Assembly (NCBI RefSeq): GCF_018977255.1
Contig: NW_024705378.1
Span: 1 to 50,400, forward strand
Direction of reading: 5' to 3'
Source of the DNA: Callorhinchus milii
Lineage: Eukaryota
Length of the DNA stretch: 50,400 nt
Below are positions 39,601 to 49,869 of this stretch, piece after piece. The translations under genes were made by a program, and so were the position numbers. The notes under the pieces were generated by a model. It was not told the DNA's origin. It did not search any database and saw nothing but the letters and a program-made list of their open reading frames with translations. Positions within the stretch are counted from its first letter, which is position 1, and each line of letters begins with the position of its first letter.

Positions 39601-40990
39601 GGCCCAGCCAGTTTCTTCGAGACCGGCTAAATAGGGCGCTAAGACTGGCAAGACATACATTTGTCTCGGACCCGGTTTTGAGAAAATCCCGACCGCACTG
39701 CAGTTGGACATCGAGACCCACTATCTATGATTTGAACCTACAGTGTGAAGGTGTATCAGGTCCAACAAAGTATCATCGCTCATCGGGTCAGCGCGGAAAG
39801 TATTATGAGCCTACGAAGTCTAACACACTATTAAAAAAGGCTCCACTATGACGATGGAAACTCTCATAGAGGTAATCCTCCTGAGTTAATTTGCACCATC
39901 GGCCGCATGTCGGATGGGAACGTTTACCTTACTGCGCTACCGCAGGGCAAATAGCGAGTCAGTGGCATGCAGATGCGTTATTACTGTGACACTCGTGTTC
40001 GATCACTCCCATCCTCCAGAATCGGCCGCCTTTATGCTGTTTGTTAAATCCCTGTAGGAGGGCAGAGATTAAGTGTGCGCTGTAGCCTCTAAGGGTCCTA
40101 TTCGCAATAAAAACGCGGATGGATCAAGGATCTGCAAATCTGAATTCACTACTAGAACTGGGTGGGTTACCTACACATTAAGAGGTTGCCCAATCGCCAC
40201 TTCCGCTTGTCTCAATCTTAAGGTTGAGAAGGCCGCGACTACCAAGTCATATCAGTCGTGTCGGTGTGCTCTAGATTAACATGGATGGGTCACCTTTAAG
40301 GCTAAAAGGTGTTATTGAGATCTCGCTGCATACGCTGGGGGATGGCTTGCACTTACGTCAGAATAAAGTCCTACGGGCTAATATCGGTACCACATAAAAA
40401 GTGAGACATCTAGTTGCGTTGAATGTCACTACAAAATTCCCGACGAGTTTGGCTGTATTGACATATAATTACTTGTACGAGGACACCCGACTGCAGCCGG
40501 TGGCGCTTGCCCGAAGAAGACGTCAGATTTTGGACACACGGCCTGAGTATGTTTTTTTAAAATTCCCAAGGGAAATAGCAACGAACGGATGCTAGACGTT
40601 GGTCCCGAACAGGGTGGCTGCACACACCACTGATTTATCAAGCTGATTATGCACGGAGCCCGTGTTTGAGCGCACCGCGAAGCTTGCTTCTATTCATCGG
40701 GGGCACTATTTAACATAATCCGGTCATCGGCAGGTGGCCCCGTTTTTAAGATGTCTAGGCAGTCTTAACCAACTTTAGAGACATTGTATCTCGACCTACA
40801 CTGCCCTTTTATCGACTTTATGAACCTGACGTGGATCAATGGGACGTCAGCATATCCCCTGGTAACTACTGATGCACGACTCTACGTAAGCGAGGGTTAA
40901 AAACTTGGAAGGGCAGCTTAGATTTGGTGGAGAGCAATACCTCGCACATCCCAATTGCAGCCCCTCGTACGTTACAAGAAATACTCCATT
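6670..40990. other. ~34-kb featureless block indistinguishable by eye from uniform random sequence (likely synthetic/shuffled/artefact); boundaries approximate
   Basis: No TE remnants or tandem arrays were seen, despite dense repeats in both flanks. The longest ORF is 154 aa. CG and TA dinucleotides are frequent. The longest homopolymers I noticed are 7-8 nt, versus 10+ nt G/C runs in the flanks. Natural-looking sequence resumes at the C10 run at 40997-41006. Confidence 0.8.
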
Positions 40991-41619
40991 AAGCAGCCCC
41001 CCCCCCACTTCACTCCTATTCCTGCGTGTTACACATTCAGCCGTGCCACGGCGGCCGACCGGTGATTGATGCCCAGCGACAACGACCGTGACCGTCCATA
41101 AACTTGCGTCGGCGCCTTCCGACGGAAATGTGCGAATAAATGAACGACTAAAGGGCTGGCCGGCCCCAAGGAATGTGTAGGCCGTGCGGAGCGATGGTAA
41201 ATGTGACGATGACGAGGGAAGACGCGCAGATACGCGTAAGTCCAGCTAAGCATTTGACGTGAACGTATAAATTAATATAACCGACGATATGTTGCATACG
41301 GGTAATATCCGCACGTGTACTGTGAGCTTAATTAGGTGTGATAATGCCATCCCTGGTCGGTTTGCATGCACAGCACGCCAGGCGATATCTCCGCTGTGAA
41401 GCCGCCTCCAGGACAAAGGAAAAGATCCACTCATGGTAGCAAAGTAACAACGCGAAAGCACAACATCTCAATTCCAGTGCAACGCGTGTTCAAGTGGCTG
41501 GAGCGCATTGAGTGAGACAAAGGAAGTGCTTGCTTGCAACAGACAGCAGCAGCTTGAGATGATTCATTATTGGTTTGTTTTAAGGTTAGCTTGTGCATGT
41601 ATAATGTCGATTTCTTTTT

Positions 41620-41805
41620 GTCAACTATAACTCTAAACCACCTGACAGAGCCCATCAAATCAAGTTTTAATGTAGGCGAGTTTCTTGATGATATAAATTA
41701 TCCAAATGTTTGCTCGCATTTCAAAACTCCGCTTTGCTGAAAGAAACAACCCAAATCGCCTGGCCGTATTTGCCCACGTGACAACTTGATTTGGTTGGCT
41801 CCGTC
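41620..41805. mobile_element. palindromic MITE-like element, copy 2
   Basis: Left arm GACAGAGCCCATCAAATCAAGTTT (from 41644) and right arm TATTTGCCCACGTGACAACTTGATTTGGTTGGCTCCGTC (to 41805) match the arms of the element at 1739-1977. Confidence 0.75.
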
Positions 41806-41842
41806 GCTTGGAGAATTATCGGTAATAAACAAATATACAGTA

Positions 41843-42098
41843 CAGGGTGCTTCAAAATTGTTTAAACACTTATATGGGACTATCGTTTTTAATGGGAAAA
41901 GAACGGATAATAGACTGTAACATGATAACAAATGTCACGTCAATAGCTTCAAAAAGTCAAAGTGTCTCCACTTGTTCGCCATCATTGTCAACACGTTGCC
42001 TGGAATCTTCTCCTGGTGGTCTCCAGAGCCGGGAGGCACATTTCTCGTGGTGTTGTTGCAAATTCTCGGAAGTGTTCACATATTTTTGAAGCACCCTG
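41843..42098 (-). mobile_element. non-autonomous Tc1/mariner element (256 bp) retaining the transposase C-terminus
   Basis: 29-bp TIRs CAGGGTGCTTCAAAA...AACACTT with 4 mismatches. TA lies on both sides (41841-42 and 42099-100). The minus strand translates EFATTPREMCLPALETTRRRFQ, then after a frameshift QRVDNDGEQVETL*, like the mariner-family C-terminal RxxxCxxxxGxxxE motif. Confidence 0.85.
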
Positions 42099-43025
42099 TA
42101 TTTTATACCTACACGATCTAATGAAAAATAAACCGTTTATGAATTGTACTATTGGTTCGCGAAAAAAGACATGTGCTGTTAAATTAGTATCTTTGAGATG
42201 AGGTGGTCGCATTTAGGCACCAAGCAACTCAAGCGTTGTGTTATATTATAACATAACATAAAACAGACAGTGTCAATTGAATTCTCATTTCATGCGCATA
42301 GAAATTCAAGGCACTGCATTGCACTTTGAAGAAAAGGAAATTGCCAACAAGACTTTTTGCTTCATCTACTGCATTGCTTAGGCAATGCTAGAAATATTGA
42401 TAATAATTTAGGCAAATACATTTTAAACCCTGTGTCAGATCCCCCGTTGGATGTAGGTCTCCCCATGCCATATTGGTCACGGGGTTGTTTTACCATTTGT
42501 CGCAATGCCGGCTTAGTAGGAGGCAAGTCCAGTGAGGATGTCCGGGGCCAGGCATTGAAGTCGAGTTATTGGCGTCCAGAATGCACCACTCCACCCCATG
42601 GTGGATAATGTGCCTGAAATTAGCACAAATCCTAAATAATGTATAATTTGATGCATATTTGATGCACGTACAACTATATCACGCGTATGCATTGTATTTC
42701 AAACGGTGAGTCATTAAACACCTAATTAATGGCTTTTCGTATGAATGGCTTTTGAACGAATCACGTTAAAATGCATCAAATTTCGATCGTATCACGTACG
42801 GCTGACCGGAATCTGATCCTGTATTTGCATCAACCATATGTAAATGAGCCGGGTTGGAATGAGCGACATTAAAAGGCGAATGCACTCCGTTCATTTTAAA
42901 GGCAGTTGCAATTTAAATGAGCCACGTTTGGTCGAGGGTTGCCGAGATAAAGTACCCAGATTTGCATTCTAATCTTAAAGATTGGAGTCTTGCCCATAAC
43001 GTCTGGCAGTTCGCCAGCATTCATT

Positions 43026-43077
43026 CAAGCAAACCTGACGAGACACCGTACGTCGAAACGAGTGCACAGTTTTCTTG
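43026..43077 (+). ncRNA. degenerate type I hammerhead-ribozyme-like motif
   Basis: CTGACGA core (43035-41), stem II GAC/GTC around a 7-nt loop, then GAAAC (43055-59). Stem I is CAAG-c-AAAC pairing with GTTT-t-CTTG. There is no proper stem III/NUH cleavage triplet. Confidence 0.4.
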
Positions 43078-43355
43078 TGTCTGAATCAACGCTGCTGCTA
43101 ATCATGCACTCCCAAGAAGGCCCGTGGGTGCCTATGGGTTGTGTCAATACGTTGTTTTAAAAATATTGTGGAGAGACAGCTACATGACGGTTACATATCC
43201 AGATTGGGATTCATCTTAAGATAGTTGGACAACTCGAGTTTGAATGAGCTGCAAATAGATGAGAGAGCATGGTGGAAAACGCGTGTTGTCATCTAGAGCT
43301 TTGGAGGGAACGTCCATGGCGCGTGAAACAACCTGCCGGGCTACTGGTGGCAGCT

Positions 43356-43415
43356 GATGCGCCGTGAGGCCTTGTGTGAACGTCGCCATATAAACACTGA
43401 GTTTTACTTGCTGAT
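43356..43415 (+). mobile_element. L2/CR1-type 3' tail fragment (tentative)
   Basis: GCGCCGTGAG...GTCGCCATATAAAC resembles the widespread L2-type tail AAGCGCCTTGAG...AGGCGCTATATAAAT. Confidence 0.4.
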
Positions 43416-43515
43416 TGAAATTTCTCTACAAATATTTGAAAATCTCCTCCTGTATGCGGGACACCTCCAGGTTATCCAGTTTCCTTTTACGGGAGAATAC
43501 AATCCTCAATTATAC

Positions 43516-43862
43516 CACATATGTTGAACTTCTTTCGCACTGTAAGTAACCAACAGAGCTAATCAGGGGTGTGGGGGACAGACAACAAACTAAACACAAA
43601 TGATCAGTTCTAAAAAAATTACATTTAAAAGTGCATAGCTCCAGTGGCTTCCTAATGTCAAAAGGAAGAGTTTTCCAGACGGCCACAGAAGCACATCTGA
43701 ATGTGCGCGATACAATGACCGTCTTTTTCCGATGTCTTGCCAAAATCCATTGCTGCGAGGATGACCGGAGTTCGCGTGATGGTTTATGCTCCTTGACGAG
43801 ATTCGCAAGGCATCGTGGTTCATTTGTGGCAGGCACTTTGTGTGTAATGAGTGCGACCTGAT
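43516..43862 (-). mobile_element. L2-clade LINE 3' end: ORF2 C-terminus plus 3' UTR/tail (tail copy 2)
   Basis: The minus strand translates QVALITHKVPATNEPRCLANLVKEHKPSRELRSS...RTFRCASVAVWKTLPFDIRKPLELCTFK. This matches the L2/CR1-group ORF2 C-terminus (P.YL..L...Y.P.R.LRS...R.F..A...WNSLP..IR....L..FK). It runs directly into the repeated tail motif at 43516-43610. Confidence 0.8.
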
Positions 43863-44569
43863 CAAGAGGGTGCAGTGGTGTTGTGAATGGGGTGACCCGA
43901 GTTCAATAACCGACCACAGCTAACATCAGTTGCCAGTGCTGTCTGCACTGATTCTGTCCTGACACCCACTCCTCCCCCTTCGCCAACCTGCACTGACCAG
44001 CGTGGTGAAGTATGATGAAAAATACAATGCCATGGTCGACATGGCATTGGGAAGGCCTCCATCCATTAGTGGATTGATAAAGGCTGGAATTATTTTTTTG
44101 ACACTCGACCAAAATCCAGAAAATGTACAGGATCTCCCCTCTCCTCCCATATTTGAGGACCCTGTCAGTATAATATAGAGATATGTAATGCATCCAGCCT
44201 GTTCACATTAATTCCATTCAAATTGAATATTTGGATAAAACACATCCAAAGGCATGTTTGTGCCTATGCTCAATAACTATGTTTAAACAAAAAATAAGGC
44301 AACAAAAATCGATAAAAGCAGATCGGAGCCCATTTACTTGGTTTGCCTTCTTCAGGGAGACAACCACGCATATAGCAAAACATTCAGTAAAAAACACGGA
44401 CAGCTATTTTATGTATGATGCCAGTTTACTCAGAAAAGCCTTGACCGAGTCCCAAGACTCCTTTATGGGGGGGGGGGCTTGTTGCAGTAGGGTGGGCGAT
44501 GTTTCTGCTGTGGGTCAGCCGAATTTAGACATTTGCAGGATGTATTTCAGCATTGGGATATTTTTTTAA

Positions 44570-44752
44570 CATGTGCTTTTACCTGTGTGATAAAACCGGA
44601 TAATCCGGAGGAACCGCACGCAGAACAGGGGGGCGAGAGAACATTAAACACTCCAGCGCAGGAAGGTGCCCGAGTGTGGATTCGAACCCAGGGCCCCTTC
44701 CCTTCTGTGCTGTGAGCCACGAGTGTTATCACCACTGTACCGCCACCCTGCC
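44570..44752 (-). mobile_element. V-SINE-like tRNA-derived SINE
   Basis: Minus strand: GGCAGGGTGGCGGTACAGTGG (A box), GCTCACAGC, CTGGGTTCGAATCC (B box at ~44678-44689), then CCTTCCTGCGCTGGAGTGTTTAATGTTCTC...CTGCGTGCGGTTCCTCCGGATTATCCGGTTTT. This is colinear with the V-SINE head and V domain. Confidence 0.8.
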
Positions 44753-44961
44753 TGCCCGTGAATGAATGAACACACACACAGACTGAGACAACCCAACACA
44801 CACGCGCACACAGCGAGTCCACAGTTGAGCTTGCGCGCTCGCTCGCTCACTCACCCTCCAACAGGTGAAACTGAAGGCAGGATCCAGCTTCGTCTTCCAG
44901 CCCGGCATTGTGGTTTTACAGTAACACTTCACTCGACACCAACCATAGCCCCTCCTCCTCG

Positions 44962-45035
44962 CGTACGTATGTTGAACTTCTTTCGCACCGTACGTAGCCA
45001 ACCGTGCTAATCTGTGGTGGGGAAACAATAACAAC
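44962..45035 (-). mobile_element. 5'-truncated L2-like LINE tail, copy 3
   Basis: The + strand reads CGTACGTATGTTGAACTTCTTTCGCACCGTACGTAGCCAACCGTGCTAATC. Confidence 0.75.
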
Positions 45036-45340
45036 AACAAAAGGCGCCACTTTGCAGCGACTGTCATTGTACCATCACGACGCAATAGGTAGAGCTACGC
45101 TGGCCAAAGCTATTTAAACAACAATGCCGGTGCACGTGCAATGTTAACGTGCATTTAGCAACGCAAGGGTGTAAGGGCGACGACGATTTACCTAGGGTCA
45201 TTTACCTGTTTGCCCTGCTGCTGCTGCTAGTAGGAGGCAGTGGATGGTAATGCGCCGTCTAAACACGTTCACTCGAGTGCGACGCGCAGGACATCTCTGT
45301 GTCTGGTTCTGGGGGGATGTGTCCCTACAACAGTGTGAGG

Positions 45341-45388
45341 ACGTACGTTGAACTTCTTTCGCGCCGTACGTAGCCAACCGTGCCAATC
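45341..45388 (-). mobile_element. 5'-truncated L2-like LINE tail, copy 4
   Basis: The + strand reads ACGTACGTTGAACTTCTTTCGCGCCGTACGTAGCCAACCGTGCCAATC, followed shortly by a (GA)n run. Confidence 0.75.
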
Positions 45389-45614
45389 GTGCAAGAGAGA
45401 GAGAGAGAGGGTGGGGAGGGAGCGAGCGGCGCGCGCGTTTGTGAAGTCGCGCGTCCGATCGTCTGTCACTCGCGCGCTCACTTCTCGCGGAGTTGGCGAC
45501 TGTGGACGAAAGAAAGGGGACGGAGGGAGCCCCGGGGCACGAGAATAACTCGCGCATTGCAATGCCGGGGAGGGCACTACCTCTCCCCCGCCCGCACCCA
45601 CGACACGCATGCGC

Positions 45615-45740
45615 TGTGTGCGTGTCGGGGTGTGTCGTGTGCGAGTGTGTGCGTGTGTGAGAGTGTGCGTGTGTGGGAGTGTGTGTGTGTGGGAGTGTGT
45701 GTGTGTGTGTGTGGGAGTGTGCGAGTGTGCGTGTGTGCGT
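45615..45740. repeat. GT-rich compound microsatellite
   Basis: (GT)n interrupted by GC, GA and GG units. Confidence 0.95.
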
Positions 45741-45857
45741 GACTTCCTGCCAGCGAGCGTTCGACACTTCACGTGGCCTCAAGGTGCACATGGCCTGGCA
45801 CAAGCATCGTGGTGACGTCACCGCCACTTAGTGGCGAATGGTGGTTGTTGTTTGTTT

Positions 45858-46700
45858 TGTGCGTGTGTGCGAGTGTGCGCATGTGCGCGTGTGTGGGAGT
45901 GTGCGTGTGTGCGAGTGTGGGTGCGAGTGTGGGAGTGTGCGTGTGTGTGGGAGTGTGCGTGTGTGTGCGAGTGTGCTCGTGTGTGCGTGTGTGGGCGAGT
46001 GTGCGTGTGTGCGAGTGTGCGTGTGTGTGGGAGTGTGCGTGTGTGTGCGAGTGTGCTCGTGTGTGCGTGTGTAGGAGTGTGGGAGTGTGGGAGTGTGCGA
46101 GTGTGCGAGTGAGCGAGTGTGCGAGTGTGCGAGTGTGCGAGTGTGCGAGTGTGCGTGTGTGCGAGTGTGGGTGTGTGCGAGTGTGCGTGTGTGCGAGTGT
46201 GGGTGTGTGCGAGTGTGGGTGTGTGCGAGTGTGGGTGTGTGCGAGTGTGGGAGTGTGCGAGTGTGGGTGTGTGCGAGTGTGGGTGTGTGCGAGTGTGGGT
46301 GTGTGCGAGTGTGGGTGTGTGTGGGAGTGTGCGTGTGTGTGCGAGTGTGCTCGTGTGTGCGTGTGTGGGAGTGTGGGAGTGTGCGTGTGTGGGAGTGTGG
46401 GAGTGTGCGAGTGTGGGAGTGTGGGAGTGTGCGAGTGTGGGAGTGTGCGTGCGAGTGTGGGAGTGTGTGTGGGAGTGTGTGCGCGTGTGTGCGCATGTGT
46501 GCGTGTGCGTGTGTGGGAGTGTGCGTGTGTGCGCGCGTGTGTGCGTGTGTGGGAGTGTGCGTGTGTGGGAGTGTGCATGTGTGCGTGTGTGGGAGTGTGC
46601 GTGTGTGCGTGTGTGCTTGTGTGCGCGTGTGTGCGTGTGTGGGAGTGTGTGCGCGTGTGTGGGAGTGTGCGAGTGTGGGAGTGTGCGCGTGTGCGTGCTC
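45858..46700. repeat. ~840-bp GT-rich compound micro/minisatellite
   Basis: Built from 8-bp variants such as GAGTGTGC, GAGTGTGG, GTGTGTGC and GTGTGTGG, with local higher-order blocks (e.g. GAGTGTGGGTGTGTGC). Confidence 0.95.
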
Positions 46701-46953
46701 GCTCACAGCACGAGTACATCGCCAGTGGGGAGACAAAGGCGGGCGGGCGTGGTTGCTGGCCACGCACCTCCTCCGTGCGCCGTGCCTGCCTTCAGAGATG
46801 CTCGCTAACAGCACTTGCCCCCAGCAGTCTGACAAAGGCTACACGGGCGATCTTTGCCTTTGCTGTGCACGGCCCCTGTGATTGTACGTGTCAAGTGTCT
46901 ATTGTGTACACAGCCACGTGACCATGCGTGTCACTGTGTGTGTGTCTTGCGCT

Positions 46954-47180
46954 GTTCTGTGATTGTATGTATCTGTATATGTGTAGTGTACACAGTTCTG
47001 TGAGTGTATGTATCGGTGTATGTGTAGTGTACACAGTTCTGTGAGTGTTTGTATCGGTGTATGTGTAGTGTACACAGTTCTGTGATTGTATGTATCGGTG
47101 TATGTGTAGTGTACACAGTTCTGTGATTGTATGTATCGGTGTATGTGTAGTGTACACAGTTCTGTGAGTGTATGTATCCG
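46954..47180. repeat. 41-bp minisatellite, about 5.5 copies
   Basis: Unit GTGTAGTGTACACAGTTCTGTGA(T/G)TGTATGTATCGGTGTAT starts at 46981, 47022, 47063, 47104 and 47145, with a partial unit before the first. Confidence 0.95.
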
Positions 47181-48039
47181 TGTGTGTGTGTGTCTATGTG
47201 TTGTGTGAAAAGTTCTGGGATTTGCATGTGTCAGTGTGTTTATGCGCGTGTTGTGTCTTGTGTTCGGTGAGTGTCAGTGTGTATCTGTGCGTGTAAAGGT
47301 GTATGTATAAACATGTGCATTTGTAAATGCGTGAAATAAAATTGCCAAGTATGTGCACACCATTAGCTGTACTCTATTCAAAAACTCTAGTGTATGTATG
47401 TCATACGTAATTCGAAACACGTACCTGTGTGTGAACGTATCATACGTGACTACCATGTGTAACGCAATAAGCAAAGCAAATATCGGAGGAGGTGTAGGCA
47501 GATTCGTGCCTCCCAGAGAAGTTTCCCTTTGTCCGTGTCCCCTCCTCCTCCCCGTCCTCTCGCTGCCCTTACAGTAGGGCTAGGAGGTCCTCAGAGATGT
47601 GTTATATTTAGGGGCTTGTGTTTTGCTTGCCTTCCAGCCACCCTCTGCCACTTGACTTCGCTATGGTAACTCAGCCAAGCCCAGGGTTACGCACACGCGT
47701 TTTAAAAAATATCTTTCAAATCTATCCGTCAAAAACATCTCAAGTTTAGATGATTTCGAACAAATGGGCATCAATGACAAAAGTTTTCACTACCAGCCGC
47801 GCCAGATGGACGTGCTCGTGGGCATATGCCTTCTTCGGCTATGAAATGGGAGGTACGATTTCGCAATTTGTTGAAGACAAACAAAATAATATTTTTTATT
47901 TCACCAGGTAAGGAGGCCCCACTGAGCTATGTGGTGTAACCTGGTTATCACAAATGATAGCTCCAACGAAACGGCGTATTATCACGTGAAATTTATAGCA
48001 CCCAAATACTCCAAAACGCGTGATTTTTATTCGTAATAT

Positions 48040-48160
48040 GGAGGGGAAAAACAGAGGACCCAGAGAAAAAATCCAACTGCAAATATACAGCAGCAGGCGT
48101 CAGGGTCGCGATCGAACCCATGACCTCCTGTATACCAGGCGCGGTAGTTAACATCACCCC
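48040..48160 (-). mobile_element. degenerate tRNA-derived SINE with V-domain-like core
   Basis: The minus strand has B-box-like GGTTCGATC (48110-48118), followed by GGATTTTTTCTCTGGGTCCTCTGTTTTTCCCCTCC, similar to the V-SINE core. Confidence 0.6.
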
Positions 48161-48807
48161 AATGCGGTTGCATGCCATTGTATCGCCGTTCCCACCGAGC
48201 GGGCATTCCATGTCTACGAATTGCCACGTGGAAGCGCTGCTCAAGTCTATTTACAAAGGTATCGAGCGGCGGAGCCAACAGCAGCAGCAACACCACTTAA
48301 GCATGGGCGCGCGTGCGTGATTACAGCGAAGGACTTGACCGATAAGTGTGCGAGCAAGAACCCTGGCCACGGAGGGAAAATGTAAACGTCAACTACAGCG
48401 GCGTCACGAGCGTGTGAGCAGGGGGTGCCTTGCCCCCCAGACTCCCCCTGGTGGCTAAATCTACGACTTGGGTCCCCCCCCCCCTTTGACAACTACCGTG
48501 AGATATTTTTTTGAACAACAGTGTAAAAGAACACAAACAACTTATTGAAGTATTTTTTTATGAAAATGCTTTCACACAGAACTCCGTTTCTGGGATATTT
48601 GTCTCATTAGATACAACAGAGGAAACATTGCAACAGAGGTGACTACGGAGCTGCAGCGGCTGCACCAGAAAAGTAAAGCAATATAACGATATATACATGG
48701 TCTGTCATGTTTGAACACATTTGGCAGGCCCGCTGCATATACGCTGTCCAAATAGCCCCCAAAAATCCCCATTTTATAAAAGACGTGTTTGTGAACTTCC
48801 TTCAAAC

Positions 48808-48892
48808 AAACGACCCGGAATGCGCCCATCTCACCAGATACCAGAAGCTAAGCAGGTATTGAACCCGTATAGCCCTGAGGTGGGTGGCCACC
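48808..48892 (+). pseudogene. 5S rRNA-derived sequence (pseudogene or SINE3-type head)
   Basis: AAACGACCCGGAATGCGCCC-ATCTCACCAGATACCAGAAGCTAAGCAGG aligns with vertebrate 5S rRNA as recalled (ATACCACCCTGAACGCGCCCGATCTCGTCTGATCTCGGAAGCTAAGCAGG) at about 39/50. Box A AGCTAAGCAGG is intact. A degenerate box C-like GAGGTGGGTGGCCACC follows. Confidence 0.7.
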
Positions 48893-49007
48893 GTGCACAC
48901 TGGCATGGTGCAATAGACGTTGCAGCAACATCCAATCTTCTGCATTCCCTCCATCTTCGCCAACGCGGTGAAGCAAGGACAAATACGCCTCGTGGCACAC
49001 AAGATGT

Positions 49008-49040
49008 TGAGGGGTCCTCATCCAGCAGTGGATCGGCAAA
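49008..49040 (+). mobile_element. RTE-like 3' terminal motif
   Basis: GGGGTCCTCATCCAGCAGTGGAT is similar to the RTE ends at 1291-1351 (ATCCAGCAGTGGAT identical) and 3986-4009. No TGA tail remains. Confidence 0.45.
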
Positions 49041-49869
49041 ACGGGCCGTGCACGTCCATGTGTTTATGCACCAACTGGGATGCGGTTCCACCTCCATGAC
49101 TACGTACACTTATATGCGCACAATTCACTGAACGCAGCTTCCATGGGCCGGGAATGAGGCTTCCAAGGGCTCCAGCATTTACCCTGCAAGGCAGAGCTGT
49201 AGCCTCTGGTGCCTTTTTGTCTTACCAGAAGTTCGGCGGTCGGTCGCCGCAGGCCGCTGAAATTCGAGCTCCTCTCGGGGGCTTCTCATCGCAGCGCGCC
49301 TCGCCCGTCGCCCCCACTGATGTCCTCTTCTTGCACGCCCCCCCACCGCAACGTGTGCAGATACTACTGACCCTATTGCATGAAGGGTGTGTAGGCATAT
49401 ATGCCTACAAAATACATTTATTTTTGAGAGGCGGGGGGGGTCGAAATTGATTGGAACTCTATTGGTCAAATGTTTACCCCCACATCTGGGGGCGTCCACT
49501 TTCTATAACTTTTAGATTCAGGCCTTTTGAAATGCTCGAATGATTTAGATGACGGGCAAACAACGGACACACGGAACGCCGGGCTTTTGTAATAGAGATG
49601 CAGAAATGACATGCAATTGGCCGTTTGGATTTTTTCTAGCGACCTCCCTTGTTTGTTTGTCTCCGTCCAGCAAAGTCAAATGCCCTTCCAGCGGCGAGCG
49701 CATTCCCGTGGTGGCAGCGTCGCCCGCAGCAAGGTCCTGGCACAGTGCGTGGGTCCAATCTCGACCCGCGGGCACAGCGAATGCACCAGGTGATCCACGA
49801 ACCCTCGCCGCTGTCTCCACAGCGCTGCATTGCAGGCAGCCACGTGCACAGACACCACCGATGTCTCTG

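Noticed and set aside
6670..40990. Roughly 110 short ORFs, including the overlapping cluster at 24382-25363, as genes of an endogenous virus or giant element
   Set aside because: None resembles a known domain, many are Arg/Ser/Leu/Cys-rich as random translations are, many use non-ATG starts, and the maximum length fits the random expectation.
46954..47180. 41-bp repeat (and the 44-bp LTR repeat) as a CRISPR-like array
   Set aside because: The units are head-to-tail with no unique spacers, there are no cas genes, and the context is eukaryotic.
45198..47227. Long ORFs (up to 382 aa) rich in HT/CV dipeptides
   Set aside because: They are translations of GT/CA simple repeats that lack stop codons in several frames on both strands.
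48721..49131. 136-aa ORF as an RTE ORF C-terminus (KRPGMRP resembles KRxxGRP)
   Set aside because: That segment aligns better to 5S rRNA at the nucleotide level, so the peptide resemblance is probably coincidental.
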